From Pseudomonadota bacterium (GTDB taxonomy: Bacteria; Pseudomonadota; Alphaproteobacteria; Paracaedibacterales; CAIOTO01): DNA of 64,000 bases. The stretch is from NCBI GenBank assembly GCA_040387495.1, contig JAZKDQ010000001.1:186001-250000 (forward strand), read 5' to 3'. The position numbers and the translations under genes were made by a program. This document shows, piece by piece, positions 28,993 to 39,323 of the stretch. Position 1 is the first letter of the stretch. Each line of letters starts with the position of its first letter. The notes beneath the pieces were generated by a model. It saw only the letters and a list, made by a program, of their open reading frames with translations, was not told the origin of the DNA and searched no databases.

Positions 28993-30585
28993 ATGCGATT
29001 TCAATCATTATGGCAAATGCCATTGCTACTTGGTGTTGCTGCAACATCATTCACATACGCCGCTGCACCAGCTGCTGTTTCAGCAGCTCCTGCCGCTCCG
29101 GTTGCTGTAGTTGCTAAGGCAGCACCTTCAGGTCCTGTTGATACAGCGACACTTTTGAAGCAAATTGAAGACTTGAAAAAGCAAGTTTCACAAATTGCGT
29201 ACAAGCAACGTAAAGCAGAAGAAAAGTTAGAATCAACTGTGAAAGTTGAAGATGCTAAAATTGGTGTGCTACAAGCAAATCAAGTTTCTCCATACCCAGC
29301 GGGTTATATTGCTATTCCAGGTAGCAACTCAGCGATTAAAATTGGTGGCCGCATAAAGGCTGATGCTGCGTATTATCCAGGAAATACTGTTGATGGCGGT
29401 AACTTGTCATTTGACGGGACGAGAATTCCTGTTAGAGGTTCCGACCCACAAGCTGGCAAATCCGGTGGTGTTGCTGGAACTGCCGCATATTCACGTTTTG
29501 AACTTAAGAGTTTGACACAAACAAACGCTGGCGATGTTAAAGGTTGGATTCAAACTGACTTTAACGGCTCTCAGTCATCAAGTGCTTCAACTTCATATGG
29601 TTTGCGTCTTCGTCACGCACTTGTTGAGTGGAATTCATTAATGGTAGGTCAAACAACGACAAACTTCCATGATTCTGATGAGGGTCCATATACACTTGAT
29701 AATAATGGTTTCACAGCTACAGCACGACGTGTTCAAGTTAGATGGACTCAAAAATTAATGGATGGATTGTCACTTGCTGTTGCAGCTGAAAGGCCAAATA
29801 CTGATTATTTGGCGCAAGATGGTACTACAAAAGGTAATGATGGCTTTGGACGGTCGAACCTTCCTGATCTAACGGCACGTTTGCGTTATGAAGGAAAGCA
29901 AGGCTTTGTATCCTTACGTGGTATAGTGCGTCAGTTGGCGGTGAACGTTGCTGCTGGGGAAGCTGTTACAACTTCTACATCATCAGGTACAGGTGCCCTG
30001 ACGGCTTCACCTGCTTCGAATCGGTTTGCAAGCAAGCAAACAGGATGGGGTATTGGTTCATCATTCAAATTGGTCACATCAGGCTTAAGTAGCCTTTATG
30101 GTCAAGTTAATACTGGTGATGGTATCAATCAATTCTTAGCTGTTGAATCAATACCGTCTGCATATCTGCAAGTTCCAACAGTATCAACAACTGGTGCTGC
30201 GGCGACTCGTTACGCAGCACGCTTTGATACACATACTGGTTCAAATGCAATCTTAGGTTACGAACACTGGTGGACAGAGAAATTCCGTACCAATATTGCG
30301 GGATCCTATACTAAAGTGAAAAATTCGCAATTTGCACCGGTATCGACATCTGCGACACAAGTTACAAGTCGTTTGAAAAAAGTGTTAGTAAATGCTATCT
30401 ACAGCCCAGTTAAGCAAATAGATGTTGGTATTGAATTTATGTATGGTACGCGCGAAACTATTGGCGGAACAGTTGATATAGCAAACACTATTCCTGGACA
30501 AGTAAGTAATGCTCCAGGTTCTAACTACGCTGGTGGTACTGGAAAAGCTACACAAGTTATGACATCATTTATTTACAAGTTCTAG
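28993..30585 (+). CDS. DcaP-family outer membrane porin
   Basis: Signal peptide, Ala/Pro linker, coiled coil, IPGSNSAIKIGGRIKADA, LRLRHALVEW..LMVGQT, RRVQVRW, PDLTARLRY, YEHWW, C-terminal YKF. Confidence 0.8.
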   Translation: MRFQSLWQMPLLLGVAATSFTYAAAPAAVSAAPAAPVAVVAKAAPSGPVDTATLLKQIEDLKKQVSQIAYKQRKAEEKLESTVKVEDAKIGVLQANQVSPYPAGYIAIPGSNSAIKIGGRIKADAAYYPGNTVDGGNLSFDGTRIPVRGSDPQAGKSGGVAGTAAYSRFELKSLTQTNAGDVKGWIQTDFNGSQSSSASTSYGLRLRHALVEWNSLMVGQTTTNFHDSDEGPYTLDNNGFTATARRVQVRWTQKLMDGLSLAVAAERPNTDYLAQDGTTKGNDGFGRSNLPDLTARLRYEGKQGFVSLRGIVRQLAVNVAAGEAVTTSTSSGTGALTASPASNRFASKQTGWGIGSSFKLVTSGLSSLYGQVNTGDGINQFLAVESIPSAYLQVPTVSTTGAAATRYAARFDTHTGSNAILGYEHWWTEKFRTNIAGSYTKVKNSQFAPVSTSATQVTSRLKKVLVNAIYSPVKQIDVGIEFMYGTRETIGGTVDIANTIPGQVSNAPGSNYAGGTGKATQVMTSFIYKF

Positions 30586-30607
30586 TTTGAACATATGCTA
30601 AATGATG

Positions 30608-30633
30608 AAGGCCGGGGAAACCCGGCTTTTTTT
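30608..30633 (+). terminator. Intrinsic terminator of the porin gene
   Basis: GCCGGG-GAAA-CCCGGC-TTTTTTT. Confidence 0.9.
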
Positions 30634-30804
30634 GTTTGATGCAATGTCGCCTGGGCCTTGTTTTCATCAAATCTGACTCGTGGACTATGATTACGCGTCA
30701 TGGCTTGGCCTTTATGCCGCCTGGAGTCATAGGAAAATAAAGGTTTTATTGATTAACAGCCAAGGCAGGACCAACAAAGCTAGGTGTGAACAATTTAACG
30801 TCAT

Positions 30805-30834
30805 AAAAAAAGGCACTGAAATGAATCAATGCCT
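30805..30834 (-). terminator. Probable terminator of frr
   Basis: AAAAAAAGGCACTGA...TCAATGCC (hairpin plus U-tract on the minus strand). Confidence 0.6.
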
Positions 30835-30856
30835 GTTCTTAAGTATGAAATATCCC

Positions 30857-31420
30857 TTAGACTTGCGTAATATCTTTTTGCTTTGCGGCTAAGTGTTCAT
30901 CGATTTTCTTGATGTGATCATCAGTCATCGTTTGTACATCAGCTGAAATGCGGTGGAGCTCGTCTTCTGAAATCTCTTTATCTTTTTCGAGTTTCTTTAA
31001 GGTATCCATAGCGTCTCTACGGATATTTCTGATGCTAATACGTGCATCCTCAGCGTACTTTCCAGCAAGCTTCGCAAGTTCCTGACGGCGTTGCTCATTC
31101 ATAGCAGGAATCGGCACGCGCACATTTTGGCCATCAGCAGCTGGATCTACGCCAAGATTTGCGTCGCGAATTGCTTTTTCAACGCTTTTAACAAGCCCTT
31201 TGTCCCAGACTTGCACAATAAGAAGACGTGCCTCAGGCACAGAAACAGTGCCTACTTGATTAAGCGGCATCATTGATCCATACGCATCAACCTTAACAGG
31301 ATCAAGAAGGTTAGGGGATGCACGGCCTGCTCTAATGCCAGACAATTCACGATTTAACGCTTCAATGCCTGATTCCATTTTACGGTCGTATTCAGTTAGG
31401 CGTGGGTCGATTTTTGACAT
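30857..31420 (-). CDS. frr: Ribosome recycling factor
   Basis: [32 protein letters not shown]. Confidence 0.97.
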   Translation of the reverse strand: MSKIDPRLTEYDRKMESGIEALNRELSGIRAGRASPNLLDPVKVDAYGSMMPLNQVGTVSVPEARLLIVQVWDKGLVKSVEKAIRDANLGVDPAADGQNVRVPIPAMNEQRRQELAKLAGKYAEDARISIRNIRRDAMDTLKKLEKDKEISEDELHRISADVQTMTDDHIKKIDEHLAAKQKDITQV

Positions 31421-31444
31421 AAGTTTACCTCAACAAGTGAAAAG

Positions 31445-32176
31445 TTAGGAGATTGTTGAATAACGGCCTTGATTCTGCAAAACATCTGCAAAGCCATTTT
31501 CTTTATAAATTGAAAAGATGCGAAGTGGAATATGATTTTCTTTAGTAAGTGTAATTGCGGTTGTATCCATGACATTAAGGCCACGCTTAACAACTTCGTC
31601 ATAAGTAAGTTCTTTTAAAAATTCTGCATCATGGAATTTTTTTGGATCTTTTGTATAAACGCCATCAACTTTTGTTGCTTTTAGCAAAAGGTCACACCCA
31701 AGCTCAGAAGCACGCAAGGCTGCAGCTGTATCCGTTGTAAAGTATGGGTTGCCTGAGCCTGCGGCTAAAACAACAACTCTGCCTTTTTCCATGTGGCGAA
31801 TCGCACGTTGTCTAATGTACGTTTCAGCGATTGCTTCAATTGGAAGTGCTGACATAATACGACACGGTGTTCCTACTGCCTGAATGGCATTGTGAAGGGC
31901 AAGCGCATTAATAACAGTCGCAAGCATTCCCATGTAATCTGACGTGCCACGGTCTATGTCATGATGTGAAACACCATGAGCACCACGGAAGATATTGCCG
32001 CCACCAACAACGATGCCAACTTGTACACCCAAATCATGAACGTATTTAATATCAAGGGAAATACGTTCGAGCATTTCTTGTGAAATACCAAAGTTCTCTG
32101 ATTCATCTTGGTTAAGACTTGCCAAAGCTTCGCCAGAGAGTTTTAGTAGAACGCGTTTGAATATAATTTTTGACAT
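31445..32176 (-). CDS. pyrH: Uridylate kinase
   Basis: RVLLKLSGEAL, VVGGGNIFRG, DYMGMLATVIN, GNPYFTTDTAAALRA, VDGVY.KDP. Confidence 0.97.
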   Translation of the reverse strand: MSKIIFKRVLLKLSGEALASLNQDESENFGISQEMLERISLDIKYVHDLGVQVGIVVGGGNIFRGAHGVSHHDIDRGTSDYMGMLATVINALALHNAIQAVGTPCRIMSALPIEAIAETYIRQRAIRHMEKGRVVVLAAGSGNPYFTTDTAAALRASELGCDLLLKATKVDGVYTKDPKKFHDAEFLKELTYDEVVKRGLNVMDTTAITLTKENHIPLRIFSIYKENGFADVLQNQGRYSTIS

Positions 32177-32216
32177 AAGAACACTAACTTTTCATGGGTA
32201 ATTTTGCCCTTGTAAA

Positions 32217-32285
32217 TGTTATTCCCGGGTAACCGGGGACCCAGGCATACCTGTCCCCTGGATTCCCGTTTTTACGGGTTTGACA
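32217..32285. repeat. REP/RPE-like palindromic element, family B
   Basis: TGTTATTCCCGGGTAACCGGGGACCCA...TGGATTCCCGTTTTTACGGGTTTGACA; resembles 60878-60979. Confidence 0.65.
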
Positions 32286-32293
32286 ACAGAAAA

Positions 32294-33229
32294 TTAAGCT
32301 ATTTTTGCCTGTGCCATTACCTCAGCAGCAAAATCAGATTCTTCCTTTTCAATGCCTTCACCAAGTGCATAGCGAATAAAGCCAGTCAAGGTAACGTCTG
32401 TTCCAAGTTCTTTTGCAGCATTAGCAACAACGTCACTGATTTTTGTTTTGCCATCCATTACAAATGGTTGCTCTAAAAGAACAATTTCTTCGTAATATTT
32501 GCGAACGCGGCCTTCAACCATTTTTTGGATTACGTCTTCTGGGCGACCAGATGCACGTGCTTGGTCGATAAGAATAGTACGTTCACGTTCAAGCATTGTA
32601 GGATCAACAGCTGCAATATTTAGGGCTTGCGGGTGAGCCGCAGCAATGTGCATTGCAATTTTTTTACCAAGATCCATGAGCTTTGCAGCATCACCAGTTG
32701 ATTCTAATGCTACCGAAACACCAATACGACCAAGGCCAGCAGTCGTTGCATTATGCATATACGTTGCAACTGCGCCGTTCGTTACGGATAGGCGTGCTAT
32801 ACGGCGAAGATTCATATTTTCGCCAATGAGAGCGATTAAGCGTGTTATTTCACCTTGAACAGTAGCACCTTCGCCTGGGAATGGTTCTGTTAATAAACCT
32901 TCAGCATCACATGAGCTAGCTGCGGCGATTGCTGCTGTTTGTGAAACCAAGGCTTGGAAATGTTCGTTACGAGCAATAAAATCTGTTTCTGCATTGATTT
33001 CAACAACAGCAGCTGATTTACCATCAGCAGTTGCAGCAATACCAACAAGACCTTCAGCAGCAACACGGCCCGCTTTCTTTGCAGCAGCGGCAAGACCTTT
33101 TTTGCGAAGCCAATCAACAGCAGCTTCTAAATCACCAGAAACTTCGACAAGGGCTTTTTTACAGTCCATCATGCCAGCGCCAGTTCTTTCACGTAATGTC
33201 TTTACGAGAGCAGGGGTAATTTCACTCAT
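32294..33229 (-). CDS. tsf: Elongation factor Ts
   Basis: [50 protein letters not shown] at 33229 after GGAG. Confidence 0.98.
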   Translation of the reverse strand: MSEITPALVKTLRERTGAGMMDCKKALVEVSGDLEAAVDWLRKKGLAAAAKKAGRVAAEGLVGIAATADGKSAAVVEINAETDFIARNEHFQALVSQTAAIAAASSCDAEGLLTEPFPGEGATVQGEITRLIALIGENMNLRRIARLSVTNGAVATYMHNATTAGLGRIGVSVALESTGDAAKLMDLGKKIAMHIAAAHPQALNIAAVDPTMLERERTILIDQARASGRPEDVIQKMVEGRVRKYYEEIVLLEQPFVMDGKTKISDVVANAAKELGTDVTLTGFIRYALGEGIEKEESDFAAEVMAQAKIA

Positions 33230-33254
33230 ATTAAACTCCATAATTATTTAAAAT

Positions 33255-33277
33255 AAAAAAAAGGGGCCGAAGCCCCC
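33255..33277 (-). terminator. Terminator/attenuator between rpsB and tsf
   Basis: Minus strand GGGGC-TTCG-GCCCC-TTTTTTTT (UUCG tetraloop). Confidence 0.85.
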
Positions 33278-33296
33278 TCATCTGGTTGCCTCGATT

Positions 33297-34094
33297 TTAG
33301 GCGTTGACAGCGTGTGCCAAATCAACTTGTTCAACTGCTGTTTCTTCAGCAGCAACATCAATTTCAGGTGCATTCAGTGATGCGCCAAGGTCAATACCTG
33401 CAGAACGCATTTCAGCTTGCAAGCCATCAAGAACAGCTTCGACCATTAAATTGCAGTAAAGATCAATTGCACGAAGTGCATCATCGTTCCCTGGAATTGG
33501 GAATGTCACGCCTTCTGGGTCTGAGTTTGAGTCCAAAACAGCAACGACAGGAATCCCTAAACGGTTTGCTTCTTTGATGGAAATGTCTTCTTTGTTTGTG
33601 TCAATTACAAACAAAATATCAGGCAAGCCACCCATATCACGTACGCCACCAATAACAAGTTCAAGTTTATCGCGACCACGTTGACGGCTCAAAATCTCTT
33701 TTTTTGTCAAGCGACCTGGACTTGCGAGCTCTTCTTCCATCTCTTTTAAACGCTTAATGGATTGATTTACTGTTTTCCAGTTTGTTAACATGCCACCTAA
33801 CCAACGATGGTTAACGTAGTATTGTCCACAACGCTTTGCAGCATCTTTTACTTTGTCTGATGCTTGTGGCTTTGTACCAACAAACAAAACGCGACCACCA
33901 GAAGCTACTGTGTCACGAACGACTTGTACAGCACGTTGCAACATTGGCATTGTGAGTTCTAGGTTGAGGATATGAATTTTGTTACGTTCACCGAAAATGT
34001 ACGGTGCCATTTTTGGGTTCCAACGACGTGTTGTGTGACCGTAGTGAAGACCTGCTTCAAGAAGCTGGCGCATAGTAAAGGTTGGCATTGCCAT
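33297..34094 (-). CDS. rpsB: 30S ribosomal protein S2
   Basis: [46 protein letters not shown]. Confidence 0.98.
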   Translation of the reverse strand: MAMPTFTMRQLLEAGLHYGHTTRRWNPKMAPYIFGERNKIHILNLELTMPMLQRAVQVVRDTVASGGRVLFVGTKPQASDKVKDAAKRCGQYYVNHRWLGGMLTNWKTVNQSIKRLKEMEEELASPGRLTKKEILSRQRGRDKLELVIGGVRDMGGLPDILFVIDTNKEDISIKEANRLGIPVVAVLDSNSDPEGVTFPIPGNDDALRAIDLYCNLMVEAVLDGLQAEMRSAGIDLGASLNAPEIDVAAEETAVEQVDLAHAVNA

Positions 34095-34104
34095 CAGATA
34101 ACTC

Positions 34105-34250
34105 CTAATATATTCCGATTAAAATCTGCTTAATTATTTTGTAAAATTACACAATATCAAGCGAGTTCCGAGTCCCCTGCGACGTACACTGTTTCCAGCA
34201 TCGGATTGGGGTGGTAACCCCGTGTCGCAGTATGGATTTAGTACATGTGG
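34105..34250 (-). promoter_or_regulatory. Probable structured rpsB 5' leader (t44/S2-leader-like)
   Basis: GC-rich segment with pairing arms CTGCGAC/GTCGCAG and GGGGT-ACCACCCC in an AT-rich context upstream of rpsB. Confidence 0.45.
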
Positions 34251-34388
34251 GTGATTGTAGCATAAAGGAAGTTGTCGATGCTATAAGAAAGTTTTTAAAA
34301 TGCTTCTTTATCGTTGGTGAATAGTCGTTGGTTTTTTTACGATTGACTCCCTCGATCGTGGATCGAGAGAGCTATATTGACGTATAAT

Positions 34389-34934
34389 TTATGCTGCTGG
34401 TATTGGTGCTGTAACTGTGCATACAAGCTTAGATTTATCGGTGCCAGTCAATTTTTTGCCTTGCCAAGCAACAGTAATGAATTCCTCATTTTTAGTGCTG
34501 CCATTGTTTTCGTCAGTTACAAGTTTTTCCCATTTAGCTTCTGCCACATTATCTTTCATTTCCTTAGAAATATCATTTGCTAACTTTGGGTCAAATTTGT
34601 CGCCTATCTTATACTTTGGATCAGAAGATGCTGCAATTGATAATGTGTCGGCGTAATAACAAGTCATTCCGCCACCTGCGCCTGTCTCCTCATGCATAAA
34701 CGAATTAGGGGGAATATTATTTGGATCGTCAGATAAATTGCTGGAATCTTGATTGATGATTTTTATTTCGTTATCCACATGCCCATCAAATGCTTTCGCT
34801 GCTAATTTAAAACGTTCGGCAATCTTGTTAAGCAGGTTGACTTCGACTTTGTCTTTGATGTTTGCGGCAAATGTGTTTTGTGATGACAAAATTAAGACGC
34901 CTAAAAGTCCTGTGAAGATTAATATGCTTTTCAT
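34389..34934 (-). CDS. Secreted hypothetical protein (Cache-like?), paralog of 35155-35742
   Basis: Signal peptide ending TFA; RFKLAAKAF, MTCYYADT.SIAASSDP..KIG, TVAWQG..LTG.DKSKLVCT; ATG at 34934 is 7 nt after GGAG. Confidence 0.75.
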   Translation of the reverse strand: MKSILIFTGLLGVLILSSQNTFAANIKDKVEVNLLNKIAERFKLAAKAFDGHVDNEIKIINQDSSNLSDDPNNIPPNSFMHEETGAGGGMTCYYADTLSIAASSDPKYKIGDKFDPKLANDISKEMKDNVAEAKWEKLVTDENNGSTKNEEFITVAWQGKKLTGTDKSKLVCTVTAPIPAA

Positions 34935-35086
34935 GCTCATTCTCCTGTTTAATTGATGCGAGGTAGATTCTCTTAAAACTAAGTAACTTTAACATGAGAT
35001 TTGCTTAAAATGCTATGCAGAATTCTTGAAAAAAGGGCAGTTTCTTTGTGAAAAAAATCTTGTTTTTCTAATTGCGAACCTTATAC

Positions 35087-35116
35087 AAAAAACCCTCAAT
35101 CGTAAATTGAGGGTTT
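35087..35116 (-). terminator. Intrinsic terminator between the two paralogs
   Basis: AAAAAACCCTCAAT...ATTGAGGGTTT. Confidence 0.75.
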
Positions 35117-35154
35117 CTTTGAGTAAGTAGTATTTTGCAATTTGTATAGATTGC

Positions 35155-35742
35155 TTATGCTTCTGGAGCAGAAGCCGAAATTGTACATACTAGCTTTGAA
35201 TTTTTGTTGCCTGTCAGTGCCATACCTGACCAAGCTACTGTCATCATTTTCTTTGAAATTTGTTTGGTAGCATCAGTGAAATCTGGTCGTAATGCGGTGC
35301 GGTATACTACAACTTTTCCATCGATGTCAGTTTTAAGTGCTGCATTGATGCTGGCTGCTATATCTTTTTTGTATTCCGTACCAAGTTTATTTGGACTATC
35401 TGCTGCAACGATTTTTCCAGTATCAGATTTGTAACAAATCATTTCACTTGTGTCATTTGTAGGCTTTTTAAATGAATCATCACCTGCAGGTGAGTCAGAA
35501 AGCTCTCCATTTCTACCGCCGTTAATTACTTTTAGTTCGCCAGTTTCATTCCCATTAAAGGCTTTTGCTGCTTGTTTGAAGCGATTATTAATAACATTGC
35601 GTACATCAAATGTTTCTGTATCTGAATTTACAAGAGAAGTTTTGTTTTCTTTATTTGCAAGAGAGGCTGTGTTATTTGCAGTGTTACACCCGGTAAGTGC
35701 AGTTAAGCTAATCATGCCTATTATTCTTAATGTATTTTTCAT
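35155..35742 (-). CDS. Hypothetical lipoprotein (Cache-like?), paralog of 34389-34934
   Basis: Lipobox LTGC; RFKQAAKAF, MICYKSDTGKIVAADSP.KLG, TVAWSG..LTG.KNSKLVCT; ATG at 35742 after AAGGGA. Confidence 0.75.
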   Translation of the reverse strand: MKNTLRIIGMISLTALTGCNTANNTASLANKENKTSLVNSDTETFDVRNVINNRFKQAAKAFNGNETGELKVINGGRNGELSDSPAGDDSFKKPTNDTSEMICYKSDTGKIVAADSPNKLGTEYKKDIAASINAALKTDIDGKVVVYRTALRPDFTDATKQISKKMMTVAWSGMALTGNKNSKLVCTISASAPEA

Positions 35743-35774
35743 AATCAATATCCCTTATATTTCATTAATATTTT

Positions 35775-36101
35775 TTAGAATGCACGAATGATTTTCTCAT
35801 CTGTGCTTGATGATATTCCTGTTACTTCTTCTTTTATTCCTTCCCAGACCGTTTGATCTTCAGGGATGCCTTCCATCCTTTCAAAATCACCAGACAGACG
35901 ACCTTCGCCATCTTTAAGGGGATGAGTGTAACACATGCGATCACCAAGAGTTTTGTAGCAATACAAATCATTTGGTGGCGTTCGCTGTTTGTTTTTTGCC
36001 CACCCAGACTTTACAATATCAGTAGAGTCTGGCCTGAACTCAGCAAAAGGGTTGCAGCCTACACCTAAAAAAGCAATACTAAGAACGATAATCTTTTTCA
36101 T
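35775..36101 (-). CDS. Small hypothetical lipoprotein
   Basis: MKKIIVLSIAFLGVGC lipobox; LYCYKTLGDRMCY two-Cys motif. Confidence 0.65.
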   Translation of the reverse strand: MKKIIVLSIAFLGVGCNPFAEFRPDSTDIVKSGWAKNKQRTPPNDLYCYKTLGDRMCYTHPLKDGEGRLSGDFERMEGIPEDQTVWEGIKEEVTGISSSTDEKIIRAF

Positions 36102-36155
36102 ATTTTTAGTATCTATTAAAATCGTTAATTTTTACTTAACGCACTGGGAAAAAAG

Positions 36156-38279
36156 ATGCCCTACAATAAATATTTGTTCTTTAAACTAGATTCAATTCCA
36201 GTGATTGGTGCTAAACGTAAAGCCTTTTTTACACGTTTAGTGGATAGCGAGATCGTATTTGATCTTTTGTCACATTTACCAAGCAATATCTTACGCCGGA
36301 CCCCTATTGATCAATTATTGCCTAACTATAAAGATCAATTAGTAACCTGCCGCTTCAGGGTTGAATCGCATTTTCCCAGCAGCCGAAGAGGTATGCCTTA
36401 TCGCATTGCGGGTGATCTGGCTGAGAGTAATGAATCATTAGAGCTTGTGTTTTTTAATCCCTATGCTAGCTTTCTTGAGCGTTCTGCAAAGCAGGGTTCG
36501 ACAATCGTTGTTAGTGGTAAGTTAACAATCGTAAAACTTCATGGTGCTGATAAATACCAAATGGTGCATCCGGATCATATGGGGCCATTAGATACATTTA
36601 ATTCATGGGTAGGCGTGGAGCGTGTTTATCCACTAACCGCTGGTTTGACGCAAGGAATTGTGCGCTCGGCTATTGATTTTGTTTTAGAAAAACTAAGTGA
36701 TGTGCCTGAGTGGATTGCACCAGAGACGGCTGCGCGATTTCATTTTCCATCGTGGAAAACAGCTTTTTTAGATGCGCATGCGCCGCAATCAGTGTTGGAT
36801 TTATCTCCAATGACACACGCCAGGCGGCGACTTGCCTATGACGAGTTATTTGCCAAACAATTGGCACAACATTATTTTCATGGGTTGGCTGTAAAACACG
36901 TACAGGCGCCCGTGTTGGCTAACAATTCAAATTTGCTCGATAGCTTGCTTAAAACGTTACCATTTCAACTAACGTGTGATCAAAACCGAGCAATTGAGGA
37001 AATTATCCATGATATTACGCAAATTACTCCGATGCATCGTTTGCTGCAAGGCGATGTTGGTTCAGGTAAAACGTTGGTTGCCTTGGCTGCGGCTTTGGTT
37101 GCGATTGAAAACGGTTATCAAGTGGCATTGTTGGCGCCAACGGATATTTTAGTGAGGCAGCATTTTGCGACGATACAAACCTTTTTAGCGCATATACCTG
37201 TGCGTTTGGGGTTGTTAACTGGCCGCGACAAGGGATTGACTCGCGGTAAGATTTTAAAAGAAATACAAAATCACAATATTGACCTAATTATTGGAACGCA
37301 CGCTATTATTCAGCCTGATGTGATATATGCCAAGCTTGGTCTGTCGATTGTGGATGAGCAACATCGATTTGGTGTGAAACAGCGGCTAGAGCTGACGCAA
37401 AAAGCCAGTCAAGCGCATCTGCTGAGTATGACGGCAACACCGATTCCGCGCACGTTGTTGTTGGCAAATTATGGCGAAATGTCTGTGTCATTGCTGAAAG
37501 AAAAGCCGCCAGGGCGAAAAGAAATTGAAACGCGAACCATTAGCATTGATCATTTGAATGAGGTGATTGGTTTTATCACTAAGGTAATGGCGCGCGGCGA
37601 AAAGGTTTTCTGGGTATGTCCGCTGATAGAAGAATCTGAAAAGCTTGATCTTGCTGCAGCAACCGACCGGTTTGCTGATCTAGAAAAGCATTTTGGTGAC
37701 AAGGCGATATTGACGCATGGAAAACAAAAATCGCAGGAAAAAGAAGGCGCGATGCATCGTTTCGCAAAAGGTGAAGCAATGCTTTTAGTGTCAACAACCG
37801 TGATTGAGGTGGGCGTTGATGTACCCGAAGCAACCGTTATGATTGTCGAACATGCAGAACGTTTTGGATTGGCGCAGTTACATCAATTACGCGGGCGCAT
37901 CGGACGCGGCAAATTAGAGGGTACGTGCTTGTTGCTATATGGCGAGAACTTATCGTTTGTGGCACGGCAACGGCTGCAGATGATGAAAAAAACAAATGAT
38001 GGATTTGAATTGGCAGAAGCTGATCTGCGCTTGCGTGGAGGAGGGGAGACCTTGGGCCTTCGTCAAAGCGGATTGCCAAAATTCAAATTTGTTGATTTTG
38101 CATCCGAAGACCCTGAGGTGTATCAGTGTTACCAAAATCTATATGAAGTAGCGAATGAGGATGCAAAGGCTTTGTTGGCTGGGGATGCGACGTTAACGTC
38201 TGAACGCGGTGAGGCGGCACGGTTGTTATTGCGGTTATTTAATTTAGATGAAGCGGAGCGGTTGAAGCGAGCGGGTTAA
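36156..38279 (+). CDS. recG: ATP-dependent DNA helicase RecG
   Basis: ARRRLAYDELF, RLLQGDVGSGKT, DEQHRFGV, MTATPIPRTL, ERFGLAQLHQLRGRIGRG, DGFELAEADLRLRG. Confidence 0.97.
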   Translation: MPYNKYLFFKLDSIPVIGAKRKAFFTRLVDSEIVFDLLSHLPSNILRRTPIDQLLPNYKDQLVTCRFRVESHFPSSRRGMPYRIAGDLAESNESLELVFFNPYASFLERSAKQGSTIVVSGKLTIVKLHGADKYQMVHPDHMGPLDTFNSWVGVERVYPLTAGLTQGIVRSAIDFVLEKLSDVPEWIAPETAARFHFPSWKTAFLDAHAPQSVLDLSPMTHARRRLAYDELFAKQLAQHYFHGLAVKHVQAPVLANNSNLLDSLLKTLPFQLTCDQNRAIEEIIHDITQITPMHRLLQGDVGSGKTLVALAAALVAIENGYQVALLAPTDILVRQHFATIQTFLAHIPVRLGLLTGRDKGLTRGKILKEIQNHNIDLIIGTHAIIQPDVIYAKLGLSIVDEQHRFGVKQRLELTQKASQAHLLSMTATPIPRTLLLANYGEMSVSLLKEKPPGRKEIETRTISIDHLNEVIGFITKVMARGEKVFWVCPLIEESEKLDLAAATDRFADLEKHFGDKAILTHGKQKSQEKEGAMHRFAKGEAMLLVSTTVIEVGVDVPEATVMIVEHAERFGLAQLHQLRGRIGRGKLEGTCLLLYGENLSFVARQRLQMMKKTNDGFELAEADLRLRGGGETLGLRQSGLPKFKFVDFASEDPEVYQCYQNLYEVANEDAKALLAGDATLTSERGEAARLLLRLFNLDEAERLKRAG

Positions 38280-38337
38280 GATGTATGTATAAATTTACAC
38301 ATAAAAGATCGTTATGTAAATTTACTTATTAGCGCTC

Positions 38338-39111
38338 TTAACTAGACCTATCAATTGCAAAAGGTCCAAAGGCCTGACATGTTGGCATTACTTCAATGCG
38401 ATTAATGTTAATGTGCGCTGGCCTGGTTAAACACCAAAATACAGTTTCAGCAATATCATCTGAACTGATAGGTTCAGTGCCTGCATAAAGATTTTTTGCT
38501 TTTTCCATATCACCTTTAAACCTGACAACTGAGAATTCAGTTTCAGCTAAACCTGGTTCAACATTGGTAACGCGTATGGCTGTGCCAAAAAGGTCGGCCC
38601 TTAAATTGAGTGAAAATTGTTTAACAAATGCTTTTGTTGCACCATAGACATTGCCGCCAGGGTAGGGGTAGCTTCCAGCGATGGAGCCAATATTAATAAT
38701 ATGACCGTTATTGTTAGCAACCATGATTGGTAAAATAGCATGTGTGCAGTGCAAAACACCTTTGATATTGGTATCGACGACCTGTGACCAATCATCCATT
38801 GCGCTATTTTGTGCAAGCTCCATCCCTAAAGCAAGGCCAGCATTGTTAACAAGAACTGTTATGGGGGTAAATGCGGCAGGCAGTTCTGCAATGACTTTTT
38901 GTACGGCATCCTTTTGTGTTACGTCGAGCTCTGCAATATGTATATTATCACTCCCTAATTCATTTTGCAGTTCTACAAGTTTTTCATATCGTCTACCTGT
39001 CAAAATCAGCTTTGCTCCATGTGAGGCTAGCAGCTTAGCGCATGCTTTGCCGAACCCAGATGTTGCACCGGTGATAAAGATAACGTGATTGCTTAGTGTT
39101 GAGCTGTTCAT
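38338..39111 (-). CDS. NADP-dependent SDR oxidoreductase (YdfG-like)
   Basis: ITGATSGFG, LVNNAGLALG, YPYPGGNVYGATKAFV, VEPGLAETEFSVVRF, HININRIEVMP. Confidence 0.9.
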   Translation of the reverse strand: MNSSTLSNHVIFITGATSGFGKACAKLLASHGAKLILTGRRYEKLVELQNELGSDNIHIAELDVTQKDAVQKVIAELPAAFTPITVLVNNAGLALGMELAQNSAMDDWSQVVDTNIKGVLHCTHAILPIMVANNNGHIINIGSIAGSYPYPGGNVYGATKAFVKQFSLNLRADLFGTAIRVTNVEPGLAETEFSVVRFKGDMEKAKNLYAGTEPISSDDIAETVFWCLTRPAHININRIEVMPTCQAFGPFAIDRSS

Positions 39112-39323
39112 GAATGCCTCGATGCGATTTTCTAGTCTTTTTTAGATTATGTAGTTTTTCAAGAAAGATAAAGGGGGAGATTTGAAAAAGGTTTAGGTTA
39201 TATGAAGGGATATATCCAACACATCTGGCATTTTATGAGTAAATGATATATAGTTTATGGATGAAAGATGTAATATTCGCATATTTTTTAAATAAATTTT
39301 TAACGTAGTATCGATCCTTATAT

